A model generated the notes under the pieces. That model did no database searches. It saw only the letters and a program-made list of their open reading frames with translations, and was not told where the DNA came from. A stretch of DNA of 64,000 bases from an uncultured Veillonellaceae bacterium (GTDB lineage Bacteria > Bacillota > Negativicutes > JARBTT01), in assembly GCA_963805085.1 (NCBI GenBank), contig CAWDTA010000005.1, positions 448,001 to 512,000 on the forward strand, read 5' to 3'. Position numbers and translations under genes: made by a program. Of the stretch, positions 10,691-20,785 are shown piece after piece. Position 1 is the first letter of the stretch; each line of letters begins with the position of its first letter.

Positions 10691-11566
10691 TTAAGGAGCT
10701 TTGCTAAACATGTCTATAAAATGTCGTGCCGATGTTGATAGAGTATGATCTCGCATCCAAATAAGAGCGGTAGGCGTAGTTCTTATAGGCGGGTCGATAA
10801 TTTCCTTACATATAAGAGTATTGTCGGGCATAAGGTCTGTCGTAGATTTTGGTATGATAGCTATGCCAAAACCCGCATTTGCCCATGCCAACATGGAGCG
10901 AATGTCGCTATGTTGGCAACGAATACTTGGCTCTATACCGACTTGCTGATAATATTCCAAGATGGTTTTATGTTTGCGGTGTATGATTAGAGGTTTATCA
11001 GCGAGTTCTACTAAGCGTACGTGGTTTGTTGGAATGATATTTTTCAGGTCGGGACCCAAAGCGGCTACCAGTGGTTCGTCAAACAAACGTATTGTAGCAT
11101 ATGCTCTTAAATCGGAAGGAAATCGCGATATGGCGATTTCTACTTCTCTGTTGATCAAAAGCTCCTCGATTTTATTTGATTCACCCCCGCAGAGTTGAAC
11201 GTTGATTTTTGGATAATGTTTGCGAAAACCGCAAATTTGATCGAGTAGAAAAGGGGTATCCCAAGTTGATGAAATTCCAACAGATAATGTTTCTTGCGTC
11301 ATTTTAGTCGAATCTTTTAGTTCTGTTACAGTTTGGTCGACCAATGCTAGTATTTGCTCTGCTCGGTTACGTAATGTCTGTCCAGCGTCGGTCAACTTAA
11401 TTTTGTGGTGGTTGTTCCGTTCTATTAACTTGACCCCGAGTTCGGTTTCAAGCAGTTTAAGTTGCTGGCTGAGTGGCGGTTGAGCCATATGCAAACGTTT
11501 AGCTGCTTTGGTTATTTGCCCCTCTTCAGCAACTGCTAAGAAGTATTGAAGTTTCCTGATATCCAT
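10691..11566 (-). CDS. LysR-family transcriptional regulator
   Basis: MDIRKLQYFLAVAEEGQITKAAKRLHMAQPPLSQQLKLLE HTH. Confidence 0.95.
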   Translation of the reverse strand: MDIRKLQYFLAVAEEGQITKAAKRLHMAQPPLSQQLKLLETELGVKLIERNNHHKIKLTDAGQTLRNRAEQILALVDQTVTELKDSTKMTQETLSVGISSTWDTPFLLDQICGFRKHYPKINVQLCGGESNKIEELLINREVEIAISRFPSDLRAYATIRLFDEPLVAALGPDLKNIIPTNHVRLVELADKPLIIHRKHKTILEYYQQVGIEPSIRCQHSDIRSMLAWANAGFGIAIIPKSTTDLMPDNTLICKEIIDPPIRTTPTALIWMRDHTLSTSARHFIDMFSKAP

Positions 11567-11832
11567 AAAACCAGCACTCCTCTTGCTATATCATACTTTT
11601 ATCATATAAAAGTAAAGACGTTATTAATATTATACATATTTAAGTACTTTTGCTACAATTATAACATAGTAATCCCAATAAAACCTATCGAAATACTAGG
11701 AGAATGGAGAGATTTAAATGCTGTGACTGTTTTGATAAATGAAAAACTAGGATACGAGATAGTCTGGAGCATTAGATGCAGCTGCTCTCGCGGATTTATG
11801 TCGGACAAAAAATTACAAGGAGATGATTAACT

Positions 11833-13041
11833 TTGCAAAAAATTTATTTTGATCATTCTGCGACAACACCTGTTGACGGTGAAGTTGCTAAGTTAATATT
11901 GGAATATATGACGGATAAATTCGGTAATCCGTCCAGTGTTCACTGCTTTGGCCGTGAAGTAGCAAAAGCAGTTGAAAAAGCCAGAACACAAGTAGCTGGT
12001 TTAATCGGTGCCAATGCTAATGAAATATTTTTTACCGATGGTGGAACCGAGGCTGATAACTGGGCTATCAAAGGGATTGCCAGCGCCAATCGGAAAAAAG
12101 GTAATCATATCATTACTACCACTATTGAGCATCATGCTATATTGCACACTTGTGAGTATTTGGAAAAGTGGGGATTCGAAATTACTTATTTACCTGTTGA
12201 TGAATACGCCAGAGTAAGTATTGAAGATATAAAAAACGCAATTACTGATAAAACTATTTTGATAAGTGTGATGTTTGCCAATAATGAAGTTGGTACTCTT
12301 CAACCAATAAAGGAAATTGGCCAGTTAGCTCGTCAAAATAATATATATTTCCATACGGATGCAGTCCCGGCAGTTGGCAATTTTCCCGTTGATGTTAATG
12401 AATACAATATAGATTTATTGACGCTGTCAGGACATAAATTTCATGGACCCCAAGGCATAGGAGCATTATATATTCGTCGGGGTGTTAGAATTGAGGCTTT
12501 GCACCATGGGGGGGCACAAGAAAGAAAAATGCGTGCTGGAACAGAAAATGTTCCCGGTATAGTTGGGTTGGGAAAAGCCGCTGAAATAGCCAGAAGAGAT
12601 TTGGAAAAGAAAATTACTCATGTTCAGGTTTTGAGAGATAAATTGATTAAAGGTATTCAAGAGAAAATTTCTGATATTAAGCTAAACGGGCATCCGGAGA
12701 TGCGTTTACCTGGAAATGTTAATTTTTGTTTCTCATATGTTGAAGGTGAATCATTGCTGTTAAATCTTGATATTAAAGGGATCGCTGCATCTACTGGTTC
12801 AGCCTGCGCATCTGGGTCGCTTGATCCATCGCATGTTCTTTTAGCTATGGGTTTAAGCCATGAAGTAGCTCAGGGATCATTAAGAATTACATTAGGTCGT
12901 GCTAATACGGAAGCAGATATAAATTATTGTTTGGAAGTGCTACCGGAAATTGTTGGACGACTGCGTAGCATGTCACCGCTGAGTGCTTTTAGTAAAATCA
13001 GCGAATCCAATTCGTGCAACTGTTGCAGCCATGATAAATGA
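11833..13041 (+). CDS. nifS: cysteine desulfurase NifS/IscS
   Basis: IYFDHSATTP, GNPSS, SGHK PLP lysine, STGSAC catalytic Cys; TTG start after GGAG. Confidence 0.93.
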   Translation: MQKIYFDHSATTPVDGEVAKLILEYMTDKFGNPSSVHCFGREVAKAVEKARTQVAGLIGANANEIFFTDGGTEADNWAIKGIASANRKKGNHIITTTIEHHAILHTCEYLEKWGFEITYLPVDEYARVSIEDIKNAITDKTILISVMFANNEVGTLQPIKEIGQLARQNNIYFHTDAVPAVGNFPVDVNEYNIDLLTLSGHKFHGPQGIGALYIRRGVRIEALHHGGAQERKMRAGTENVPGIVGLGKAAEIARRDLEKKITHVQVLRDKLIKGIQEKISDIKLNGHPEMRLPGNVNFCFSYVEGESLLLNLDIKGIAASTGSACASGSLDPSHVLLAMGLSHEVAQGSLRITLGRANTEADINYCLEVLPEIVGRLRSMSPLSAFSKISESNSCNCCSHDK

Positions 13042-13061
13042 AATGAAGGGAGAAACTATGT

Positions 13062-13436
13062 ATGTTGTATTCCGATAAAGTAATGGATCACTTTGCCAAT
13101 CCTCGCAATGTTGGTGAGATAGAAGACGCTGATGGGGTCGGAGAAGTTGGCAATCCTCAATGTGGCGATATTATGAGGTTTTATTTGAAGGTAGAAGATG
13201 GCATTATTCAAGATGCTAAATTTAAGACTTTTGGCTGTGGAGCTGCTATAGCTACCAGTAGTATGGTAACTGAAATGGTTAAGGGAAAAACGTTGTCTGA
13301 AGCTCGAAATATTTCTAATGAAGCAGTAGCAGAAGCATTGGATGGCTTACCACCGATTAAGATGCACTGCTCTAATTTAGCGGCGGATGCTTTGCATGAA
13401 GCGATTAAAAACTATACGCAAAAAAACAACGCTTAA
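13062..13436 (+). CDS. nifU: Fe-S scaffold protein NifU/IscU
   Basis: YSDKVMDHF.NPRN, CGD, TFGCGAAIA, LPP.KMHCSNLA. Confidence 0.95.
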   Translation: MLYSDKVMDHFANPRNVGEIEDADGVGEVGNPQCGDIMRFYLKVEDGIIQDAKFKTFGCGAAIATSSMVTEMVKGKTLSEARNISNEAVAEALDGLPPIKMHCSNLAADALHEAIKNYTQKNNA

Positions 13437-13794
13437 TATAATTATCGAACTTAAGTAGTTATGGAAGTAGATGATTAGATAAAACAAAGTTTAGATTAAC
13501 TTGAATATGCTGACCTAGCCTTTTTATTCTTGGATATACTTATATTCAAAAACAAAAAGCATTCGATTAGGGGCATAACTATTCAAATCTTATATGAGAC
13601 TAATATTTAAAAATTATAAATTTGCTTGCAGATCACTAGTGATGGAATATATTATATTGAAAATGTATATTTGCATAAACGAATGAGTTCATTCATGTAA
13701 AATCAAAAAAACTTAGTGTGAGTAAACCTAATTTTGCTAGCATAAATCAAGGAATTTCAGTCATCTTAGACGAATTTTATAAATGATACAATTC

Positions 13795-13852
13795 AAACTC
13801 CTACCAAATTTTATATTTAATTTGGCAGGAGTTTTGTAATTTAATGGGAATT
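13795..13852 (+). promoter_or_regulatory. hairpin ending in a sigma-H-like promoter (repeat family H)
   Basis: AAACTCCTACCAAAT...ATTTGGCAGGAGTTT followed by GGGAAT. Confidence 0.5.
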
Positions 13853-13935
13853 ATATAAATTGGAAGAATGCATACATAGAGAATAGATTAGTGGAATTAT
13901 CTACGTGATTATTTAATAAAGAGGGGGAAATAAAC

Positions 13936-15384
13936 ATGCGGTCTATTCAAAAACTAATTCGAATAGAAACAGTGATGGCTACCTGTAACGAGAATGCAAG
14001 AGAAACAGAAGTGGCTAAGGATGAAATTGATATTTCTAACCTAGAAGAATGTATTGAAGATGTTAGAAAAGCGGTACTCTCTAATCTTCAAGCTCCAGAG
14101 GATCCAACTGATTATGACCAGTTAAGAGGCAGACTAGAAGCCGTAAAAGAAAAGTTTCCAGCTCGTTATATCAAAGCAGTAGTAGAGCCATTTATTCAAA
14201 TACTAGGGAAACTAGGTCGGCGAGGCTTTATAGGAATACTTTTGCGAGATCGCGAACGAAACAATATTGCAAGATTAATGCTAGATATTGCCCAGGCCAT
14301 TCTACAAAAAGGAGAAGGATACAACTCCTTAGCTACAGATGGATTTCAAGAAGTAGTTAGTGACCTGTATGATGGTTTTTTAAGTGCAGAAGGTAGAGCT
14401 GGGGTAAATCCACCTGATTTAAGTGTAATTCCTGCTCTTGTAAAATGGGGTGCTCCTGAGAATGGGCCATATACGTGGCCGATAGATGCAACCTCCAATT
14501 TTGGATTAGAAGTTGCCATTGTAAGTGTACCACCAATCCATGCGACTAATGGTCTTTTGGCTTGGTCGAGTATCCCACATGAAGTCTGCGGGCATGATAT
14601 TATTCATGCTGACATTGGTTTGAGGGAACAATTAATCGAGGCTGTAAAAAATGCGTTAATTGAAAAAAGCATTGGGGATGGCTTGCCTGAATATTGGTCT
14701 TCTCGAATTGATGAAACTGCGTCAGATGTTATGGGGATTCTTAATTTAGGACCTGCGGCAGCAATTGGGGTCATCGGATATTTTCGTGGGATGAATGCAG
14801 CGTATACTGGAGAAGCAAAGTTAAGAAATAATGGTCCAGCGAAAGATCCACATCCTGCTGATATTCTTAGGGGATATTTAGGAGCGTATGCAACAGGACT
14901 CCTTGCGTTTGATCAAGCGGGAGACTGGGAGAAGATCATCGAAGCCGAAACGGAGAAAGATTTGTCATCAATTAAACTAGAAGGAAATGATATTGATACA
15001 GACATTGCAAAAACATCGGCAAGAATTGTTGCCAATACGATTATGAAAACAAAACTTAAATGTCTAGAAAATCATAGTTTGGATCAAATTCGTAATTGGG
15101 GAAATGTAGATGAGTTTATCTCAAAATTTCTCCGCACATTACTAAAAACTAACAACCCTTTGACCGAAGAATATAGATCAGGTTTTTATGCTGCCCATGT
15201 GGTCGCCGCTGCAGTTATCGAATCGCTTTCTAAAGATGCAGATATTGACATTATTTTTAATAGAATGGTTGCTTTGTTGAAAATAATGCACGATACCAAT
15301 CCTGCTTGGGGTCCTTTGTTTGTAAATCACTCTGGAGATATTGCTAGGCATATGATTTATTACCCAACCGGATCAGACAAGTAA
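13936..15384 (+). CDS. uncharacterised zincin-like metalloprotein
   Basis: Long ORF with RBS GAGGGGG; HEVCGHD, W...IDETASDVMG...GPA, DPHP..ILR motifs. Confidence 0.7.
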   Translation: MRSIQKLIRIETVMATCNENARETEVAKDEIDISNLEECIEDVRKAVLSNLQAPEDPTDYDQLRGRLEAVKEKFPARYIKAVVEPFIQILGKLGRRGFIGILLRDRERNNIARLMLDIAQAILQKGEGYNSLATDGFQEVVSDLYDGFLSAEGRAGVNPPDLSVIPALVKWGAPENGPYTWPIDATSNFGLEVAIVSVPPIHATNGLLAWSSIPHEVCGHDIIHADIGLREQLIEAVKNALIEKSIGDGLPEYWSSRIDETASDVMGILNLGPAAAIGVIGYFRGMNAAYTGEAKLRNNGPAKDPHPADILRGYLGAYATGLLAFDQAGDWEKIIEAETEKDLSSIKLEGNDIDTDIAKTSARIVANTIMKTKLKCLENHSLDQIRNWGNVDEFISKFLRTLLKTNNPLTEEYRSGFYAAHVVAAAVIESLSKDADIDIIFNRMVALLKIMHDTNPAWGPLFVNHSGDIARHMIYYPTGSDK

Positions 15385-15431
15385 TAAGATAATAAATAGT
15401 ATTAATTGTCTGGCGAAAGGAGCTTTCTGAG

Positions 15432-18230
15432 ATGGGGGGCAGTATCAGCCAAAATTTTGAGGATTACTACAGTAAAAAACGTGACAGACTTTTGCATACG
15501 AAAGAACGGCAAAGGTTAGAAGCGTATACAAATTATTTAAATAATATTGAGGATAAAGAGCAAAAAGATTGGCGAAAATGGGGCTGCTATTTAAGTGAGC
15601 GTCAATGGGGAACGGTCAGGGAAAATTATAATATTGTAGATTTGTCTTGGGGAGATGGCGGTCAACCCGCCACATTTCCAAGAGAGCAAGCTTTACATCG
15701 TACTTATCGATGGGGCGAAGATGGTATTGCTGGTATTTCAGATGATCATCAGTTTCTATGTTTTGCTTTGACCTTGTGGAATGGCGAAGACCCTTGCCTC
15801 AAAGAGCGTTTATATGGTTTGACCAATGGGGAGGGCAATCATGGGGAAGATGTCAAGGAATACTATTTCTACCTTGATAATACGCCTACCCATTCTTATA
15901 TGAAATATCTGTATAAATACCCTTATACTTATCCATATGATGAACTATACAACCAGAGAAATAGCATGAATCCTTATGAATTTGAACTTGTTAACACTGG
16001 CGCTTTTTCCGAAAATCGTTATTTTGATGTAACCGTTGAATATGCTAAAAATGATGTCGAAGATATTTGCATTAAGATTACTGCAACAAATTGTGGGGCA
16101 GAGCAGAAGACGCTACACCTATTTCCAACAGTGTGGTTTAGAAATACATGGTCCTTTAGGAATAGCATTTATGAAAAAACTTTGACTTATACTGATGAAA
16201 ATGACGGTGGCATTAAAATAGAGCAAAAAGATACTGTAAGCGACACAATTGTATCGCAAATGTGGCTGTATACGCAGGGAGATATGAAAGATGTTTTGTT
16301 TACAGAAAATGAGACCGATAAGCAAGCGGCTTTTAGAACTTCAAATGACGGTCGGAACTATTTAAAGAATGGTATCAATCATTACATTTTTGGTAAATAT
16401 AAAGATAAAAAAAATGATGTTGAATTGGCGCAGCTTATTAATCCCAGAAAACAGGGGACTAAAGCAGCTGTTCATTATGAACTGGATCTACATCCGGAGG
16501 AGTCAAAAACCGTATGCTTACGACTTGCCAACGTAGAGTTGAATCAACCCTTTGCTCAGTTTCATTTTATATTTGACAGTCGCATGAAAGAAGCTGATGA
16601 TTTTTATGATGCGATATGTCCATACAATAGGAACGGCGATGAGGAAGAAAAAGAGTTATATAATATTCAGCGTCAAGCTTTTTCAGGAATGCTTTGGAAT
16701 AAACAATTCTATTATTTTGTGGTTGATGAATGGCTGAAAGGTGATCCTAGACAACCGCCTCCGTCAGAGGAGCATAAAAATGATGCTAAGCTGCACGACT
16801 GGCGGCATTTATACTGTAAAGATATCTTATTAATGCCTGATAAGTGGGAATACCCCTGGTTTGCTTCATGGGATCTGGCGTTTCATGCTGTTACGATCGC
16901 TATTATTGATCCTGAATTTGCCAAACAACAGCTTTTGTTAGTGGTGATGGAATGGTATATGCATCCGAATGGTCAGATTCCAGCCTATGAGTGGAATTTT
17001 AATAATATCAATCCACCTGTACATGCTTGGGCGGCACTAAGTGTATATCAACAGGAAAAATTAATTTACGGCAAAGCAGATCAGCAATTTTTGGAACGTG
17101 TCTTTGATAAATTAAATATGAATTTTACGCACTGGGTCAATAAAGAAGACTCTGAAGGGAATAATCTCTTCACGGGCGGATTCTTAGGCCTTGATAATAT
17201 TCGTATTATGGAGTGTGATCCAGAAGGAGCGCCGCTCGAACAGGCAGATGCAACTGCTTGGATGGCCATGTTTTGCCTTAATATGATGAAGATTGCAAAG
17301 GAATTGAAAAAGGATGATGTTGAACGAAAATACCTGCAACACTTTATTTATATTTGTGATGCAATGAATCATATTGGCGATGATGGCTTATGGGATGAAG
17401 ATGCTGGTTTTTTCTTTGATAGTACTAAAAAATATGGTCGTTTACCGATTTATTCTGCAGTAGGTTTGATTCCATTATTTGTGATCCAAGGAGTATACAC
17501 TACTATTACAGAAATCGATTATTCTGAGTCCTTTTACAAATTCAATGGTACTTTACGCTGGTTTATAAAAAATCGACCTGATCTCATGAAAGAAAATTTC
17601 CATTTTAATATTGAAAATTCTTATGGGATAGAAGAGAATGGCAATACTATTTTGGAAGGCTTCATTTCTATGGTAAGTAAAGAACAACTTCGCAGAATCT
17701 TGGAAAAAGTATTGGATAGCAATAAATTTTTAAGTGAATTTGGTATTCGTTCTCTTTCTAAAGATACCAACTATATTTGGTATGGAAAGAATATCTGCTA
17801 TGAGCCTGCTGAGTCAAACAAAGTAAAACTAATGGGGGGGAACTCAAACTGGCGTGGTCCGATATGGTTTCCGATCAATTATTTACTTATTGAATCTTTA
17901 CGAAAGTTCTATTGCTATTTAGGTGATGATTATAAAGTAAATTATACTGCGATACATGAGCAAAAGAACTTAAAAGAAGTTTGTGATGATCTGTCAGATC
18001 GTCTCATCAATATTTTTCGTAAAGATATCACTGGAAAACGACCGATCTATGGAGGACAAGAGTTGTTTTCTAGAACGGGGTGGGCTGATTTTATCCTGTT
18101 CTATGAATATTTTCATGGAGATAGCGGAGCAGGACTTGGGGCTAGTCACCAGACAGGCTGGACTGGGCTTATCGCGAATATTATCCAAACTAGAGGTGCT
18201 GAGAGCGTCGGATCGAAGAAAAAAATATAA
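15432..18230 (+). CDS. MGH1-like / GH63-related glucosidase
   Basis: WG.YLSERQWGTVRE, MPDKWEYPWFA.WDLAFH, NSNWRGPIWFPINYL, YEYFHGD.GAGLGASHQTGWTG. Confidence 0.9.
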   Translation: MGGSISQNFEDYYSKKRDRLLHTKERQRLEAYTNYLNNIEDKEQKDWRKWGCYLSERQWGTVRENYNIVDLSWGDGGQPATFPREQALHRTYRWGEDGIAGISDDHQFLCFALTLWNGEDPCLKERLYGLTNGEGNHGEDVKEYYFYLDNTPTHSYMKYLYKYPYTYPYDELYNQRNSMNPYEFELVNTGAFSENRYFDVTVEYAKNDVEDICIKITATNCGAEQKTLHLFPTVWFRNTWSFRNSIYEKTLTYTDENDGGIKIEQKDTVSDTIVSQMWLYTQGDMKDVLFTENETDKQAAFRTSNDGRNYLKNGINHYIFGKYKDKKNDVELAQLINPRKQGTKAAVHYELDLHPEESKTVCLRLANVELNQPFAQFHFIFDSRMKEADDFYDAICPYNRNGDEEEKELYNIQRQAFSGMLWNKQFYYFVVDEWLKGDPRQPPPSEEHKNDAKLHDWRHLYCKDILLMPDKWEYPWFASWDLAFHAVTIAIIDPEFAKQQLLLVVMEWYMHPNGQIPAYEWNFNNINPPVHAWAALSVYQQEKLIYGKADQQFLERVFDKLNMNFTHWVNKEDSEGNNLFTGGFLGLDNIRIMECDPEGAPLEQADATAWMAMFCLNMMKIAKELKKDDVERKYLQHFIYICDAMNHIGDDGLWDEDAGFFFDSTKKYGRLPIYSAVGLIPLFVIQGVYTTITEIDYSESFYKFNGTLRWFIKNRPDLMKENFHFNIENSYGIEENGNTILEGFISMVSKEQLRRILEKVLDSNKFLSEFGIRSLSKDTNYIWYGKNICYEPAESNKVKLMGGNSNWRGPIWFPINYLLIESLRKFYCYLGDDYKVNYTAIHEQKNLKEVCDDLSDRLINIFRKDITGKRPIYGGQELFSRTGWADFILFYEYFHGDSGAGLGASHQTGWTGLIANIIQTRGAESVGSKKKI

Positions 18231-18358
18231 TTTACTTGCAAAAATAGGTAGAAATGATATTATAGTAATAACAGTTATCCATACATAATCAATTTCTAGA
18301 TGATTATAAAATATGGAAATTATGTTATATTTAAACATTACAAAGGAGATGGTTAGTC

Positions 18359-18871
18359 ATGATTAATAAAAGAATGCAAGATGCAATCAATGAACAAATT
18401 AAGTTTGAAATTTATTCTGCTAATTTGTATTTATCCATGTCTGCCTATATTGAAGGAAAAAATTTAAAGGGAATTGCACATTGGTTGAGAGTTCAGTATG
18501 AGGAAGAAACTTTTCATGCTTTAAAGCTATATGATTATTTGAAAAATCGTGAAGGCCAAGTAATTTTACAGAGTATTGGTGCACCGCCAAGTGAATTTGG
18601 TACACCGCTAGAAACTTTCCAGAAGGTTCTAGAACATGAACAGCATGTTACCGCAGCGATCAACAATCTTTATAAAGTGGCAATAGAAGAGAATGACTTT
18701 GCGGCACAAATTTTCTTGCAATGGTATGTCAATGAGCAGATGGAAGAAGAGGCTAATGCTTCAGATGTCATCGGTAAAATGAAGCTAATTGGTGATCGAG
18801 GTGTGGATCTTTTGTATTTGGATACTGAACTTGCTACAAGAGTTTTTGTGCCACCGGCAGCAACTGTATAA
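18359..18871 (+). CDS. ftnA: non-heme ferritin
   Basis: NEQI..E.YSANLYL, EEE..HA, EHEQHVT, FLQWYVNEQ.EEE. Confidence 0.93.
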   Translation: MINKRMQDAINEQIKFEIYSANLYLSMSAYIEGKNLKGIAHWLRVQYEEETFHALKLYDYLKNREGQVILQSIGAPPSEFGTPLETFQKVLEHEQHVTAAINNLYKVAIEENDFAAQIFLQWYVNEQMEEEANASDVIGKMKLIGDRGVDLLYLDTELATRVFVPPAATV

Positions 18872-18923
18872 GATAAATATAAATGTTCTTGGAAACGATA
18901 GTTTAGCAATATAGATTTAAGTA

Positions 18924-18958
18924 TAAAAAGGTATCGGTGTAATGCTGATACCTTTTTT
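18924..18958. terminator. intrinsic terminator
   Basis: AAAAAGGTATCGG-TGTAATG-CTGATACCTTTTTT. Confidence 0.8.
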
Positions 18959-18984
18959 ATTTTCATTCGCCGTATAGAAAATAA

Positions 18985-19028
18985 AAAGCTCCTACTATCG
19001 GAAGTTTAATCCAATAGTAGGAGCTTGA
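18985..19028 (-). terminator. intrinsic terminator
   Basis: AAGCTCCTACTATCGG...CCAATAGTAGGAGCTT; A-run on + is the U-tract on -. Confidence 0.7.
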
Positions 19029-19038
19029 GTTCTTTATA

Positions 19039-19374
19039 TTACCATTTTTCCTTGCCAATATGATTTTCAATTTCAGCTTTACAAAGTTGTTTAATGATAT
19101 AACCTTTATCAACAGCCTTCTGAAAAGCACTGACACAACCTGGATCAAGATCTAAATCGATCCCTTCATTCGCTAAATAGATAACCTTATCAATCAAGGT
19201 TATGATTTCCATATGGATGTCATTGGTTACTTCTGATTGATAAATTTTGTCGGCACTTTCTTCCGGCAATTCTTTAAATTTTTCATGGGGTTGTCCACAT
19301 TTAGGACAAACATCGGGAGCATTTTCTCCTTCATAAACGAAGTTACATACACTACATTTAAATAGTTTTTCCAT
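19039..19374 (-). CDS. rubredoxin-like domain protein
   Basis: FKCSVCNFVYEG...CPKCG; C-terminal LDPGC..KAEI..H..KEKW; ATG at 19374 after AGGAG (ORF track 19425). Confidence 0.85.
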   Translation of the reverse strand: MEKLFKCSVCNFVYEGENAPDVCPKCGQPHEKFKELPEESADKIYQSEVTNDIHMEIITLIDKVIYLANEGIDLDLDPGCVSAFQKAVDKGYIIKQLCKAEIENHIGKEKW

Positions 19375-19528
19375 AAATAACAGCTCCTTTTTTATAATTA
19401 CCGCTAATGTTATTTCGTATAACATTATAATTTACAAATACGCCAAGAAATATATATTTCCTGCAAGAAAATATAAAATTTTACCATAATCATATATTAA
19501 GTTTGTGTAAATTTGTTAGGAAATATTC

Positions 19529-20587
19529 TTACAACCATTGTTTCTTTCTAAAAAATCTAATCATACCTAATACAATGATTAGCATAATAAACAGAATGGC
19601 TGGGTAACCATAATCCCAATCTAGCTCTGGCATATTTTTAAAGTTCATTCCTTCTAAGCCTGCCAAAAAAGTTAAAGGGATAAAAATTGTAGAAATAATC
19701 GTTAGTACCTTCATGACTTCATTCATACGGTTGCTGACGCTAGATAAATAGATATCCATCAGACCACTGACCATTTCACGATAAGTTTCCACTGTATCAA
19801 TAACTTGTATCGCATGATCATATACATCACGAATATAAAGGTGTGTCTCTGCTTGGAAAATCTCAGAATCCCCTCGCCCGAGACTATTGATGACTTCACG
19901 TAATGGCCATACGGCCTTACGAATAAATAAGAGGTCGGTGCGTAAGCCTTGAATTTTATGAATATGGTTTGGATTAGCGTCTAGCATAACACTTTCTTCT
20001 AAAAGTTCGATCTGCTCACCAATATGTTCTAATGCAATAAAATAATTATCAACAATCATATCAATGAGTGCATAACCAAGATAATCAGCCCCCGTTTTGC
20101 GGATTTTTCCTTTTCCAGCCCTTAAACGATTGCGAACCGGCTCAAAAACATTGAAATTGTTTTCTAGAAAAGAAATAACATAGTTTTTGCCAATAATCAA
20201 AGAAATCTGTTCAATTAATAATTCATCTTCTTGAATTCGAATGTTTTTCATGATTAAAAATAAATATTCCCCATAGTCTTCAAGTTTAGGACGATGCGTA
20301 GTATTGAGCATGTCTTCTAATACCAGATTGTGAATATTAAATAGTTTACCAATTTTATCTAAAGTTTCTATCTGGCTGGCACCGACAATGTCAATCCAGG
20401 TAATTGTATCTTCTCGTTTGAATGGCACTAACTCTTCTAGTCGATGAATATCATTTTCATAAAATCCGTCGGAGCTAAAATCAATAATTCGAATTTTGGT
20501 TTCAACGGATGGGTCAAAACCATATCTTACTAAACTTCCGGGTGGTAAACCGGCTTTTTTTGTTGAATGCCGAGTGTGTTTTTTCAT
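19529..20587 (-). CDS. corA: magnesium/cobalt transporter CorA
   Basis: KAGLPPGSL, HRPKLEDY, NEVMKVLT, GMNF..MPEL.W. Confidence 0.95.
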   Translation of the reverse strand: MKKHTRHSTKKAGLPPGSLVRYGFDPSVETKIRIIDFSSDGFYENDIHRLEELVPFKREDTITWIDIVGASQIETLDKIGKLFNIHNLVLEDMLNTTHRPKLEDYGEYLFLIMKNIRIQEDELLIEQISLIIGKNYVISFLENNFNVFEPVRNRLRAGKGKIRKTGADYLGYALIDMIVDNYFIALEHIGEQIELLEESVMLDANPNHIHKIQGLRTDLLFIRKAVWPLREVINSLGRGDSEIFQAETHLYIRDVYDHAIQVIDTVETYREMVSGLMDIYLSSVSNRMNEVMKVLTIISTIFIPLTFLAGLEGMNFKNMPELDWDYGYPAILFIMLIIVLGMIRFFRKKQWL

Positions 20588-20691
20588 ATCATTGCCTCGT
20601 TTCTAGAATCACAGTTGAGCGTTAGTCAATTGGTGGATATTGACTCATATGTAACATTATAAGCAATATATAATGTGATGGAAAGTATTTT

Positions 20692-20737
20692 AAAAAGCTC
20701 CAGTCAAATTAAAAATATTTGACTGGAGCTTTATTTT
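20692..20737. terminator. intrinsic terminator
   Basis: AAAAAGCTCCAGTCAAAT...ATTTGACTGGAGCTTT. Confidence 0.8.
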
Positions 20738-20785
20738 TGTTTTTACAAAGATTCGTCAAAAGTAACAATAAGCATTGTCAAACAA

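Noticed and set aside
11546-11830. 94-aa ORF between LysR and nifS
   Set aside because: It overlaps the LysR start and the promoter region and has no RBS or recognisable motif
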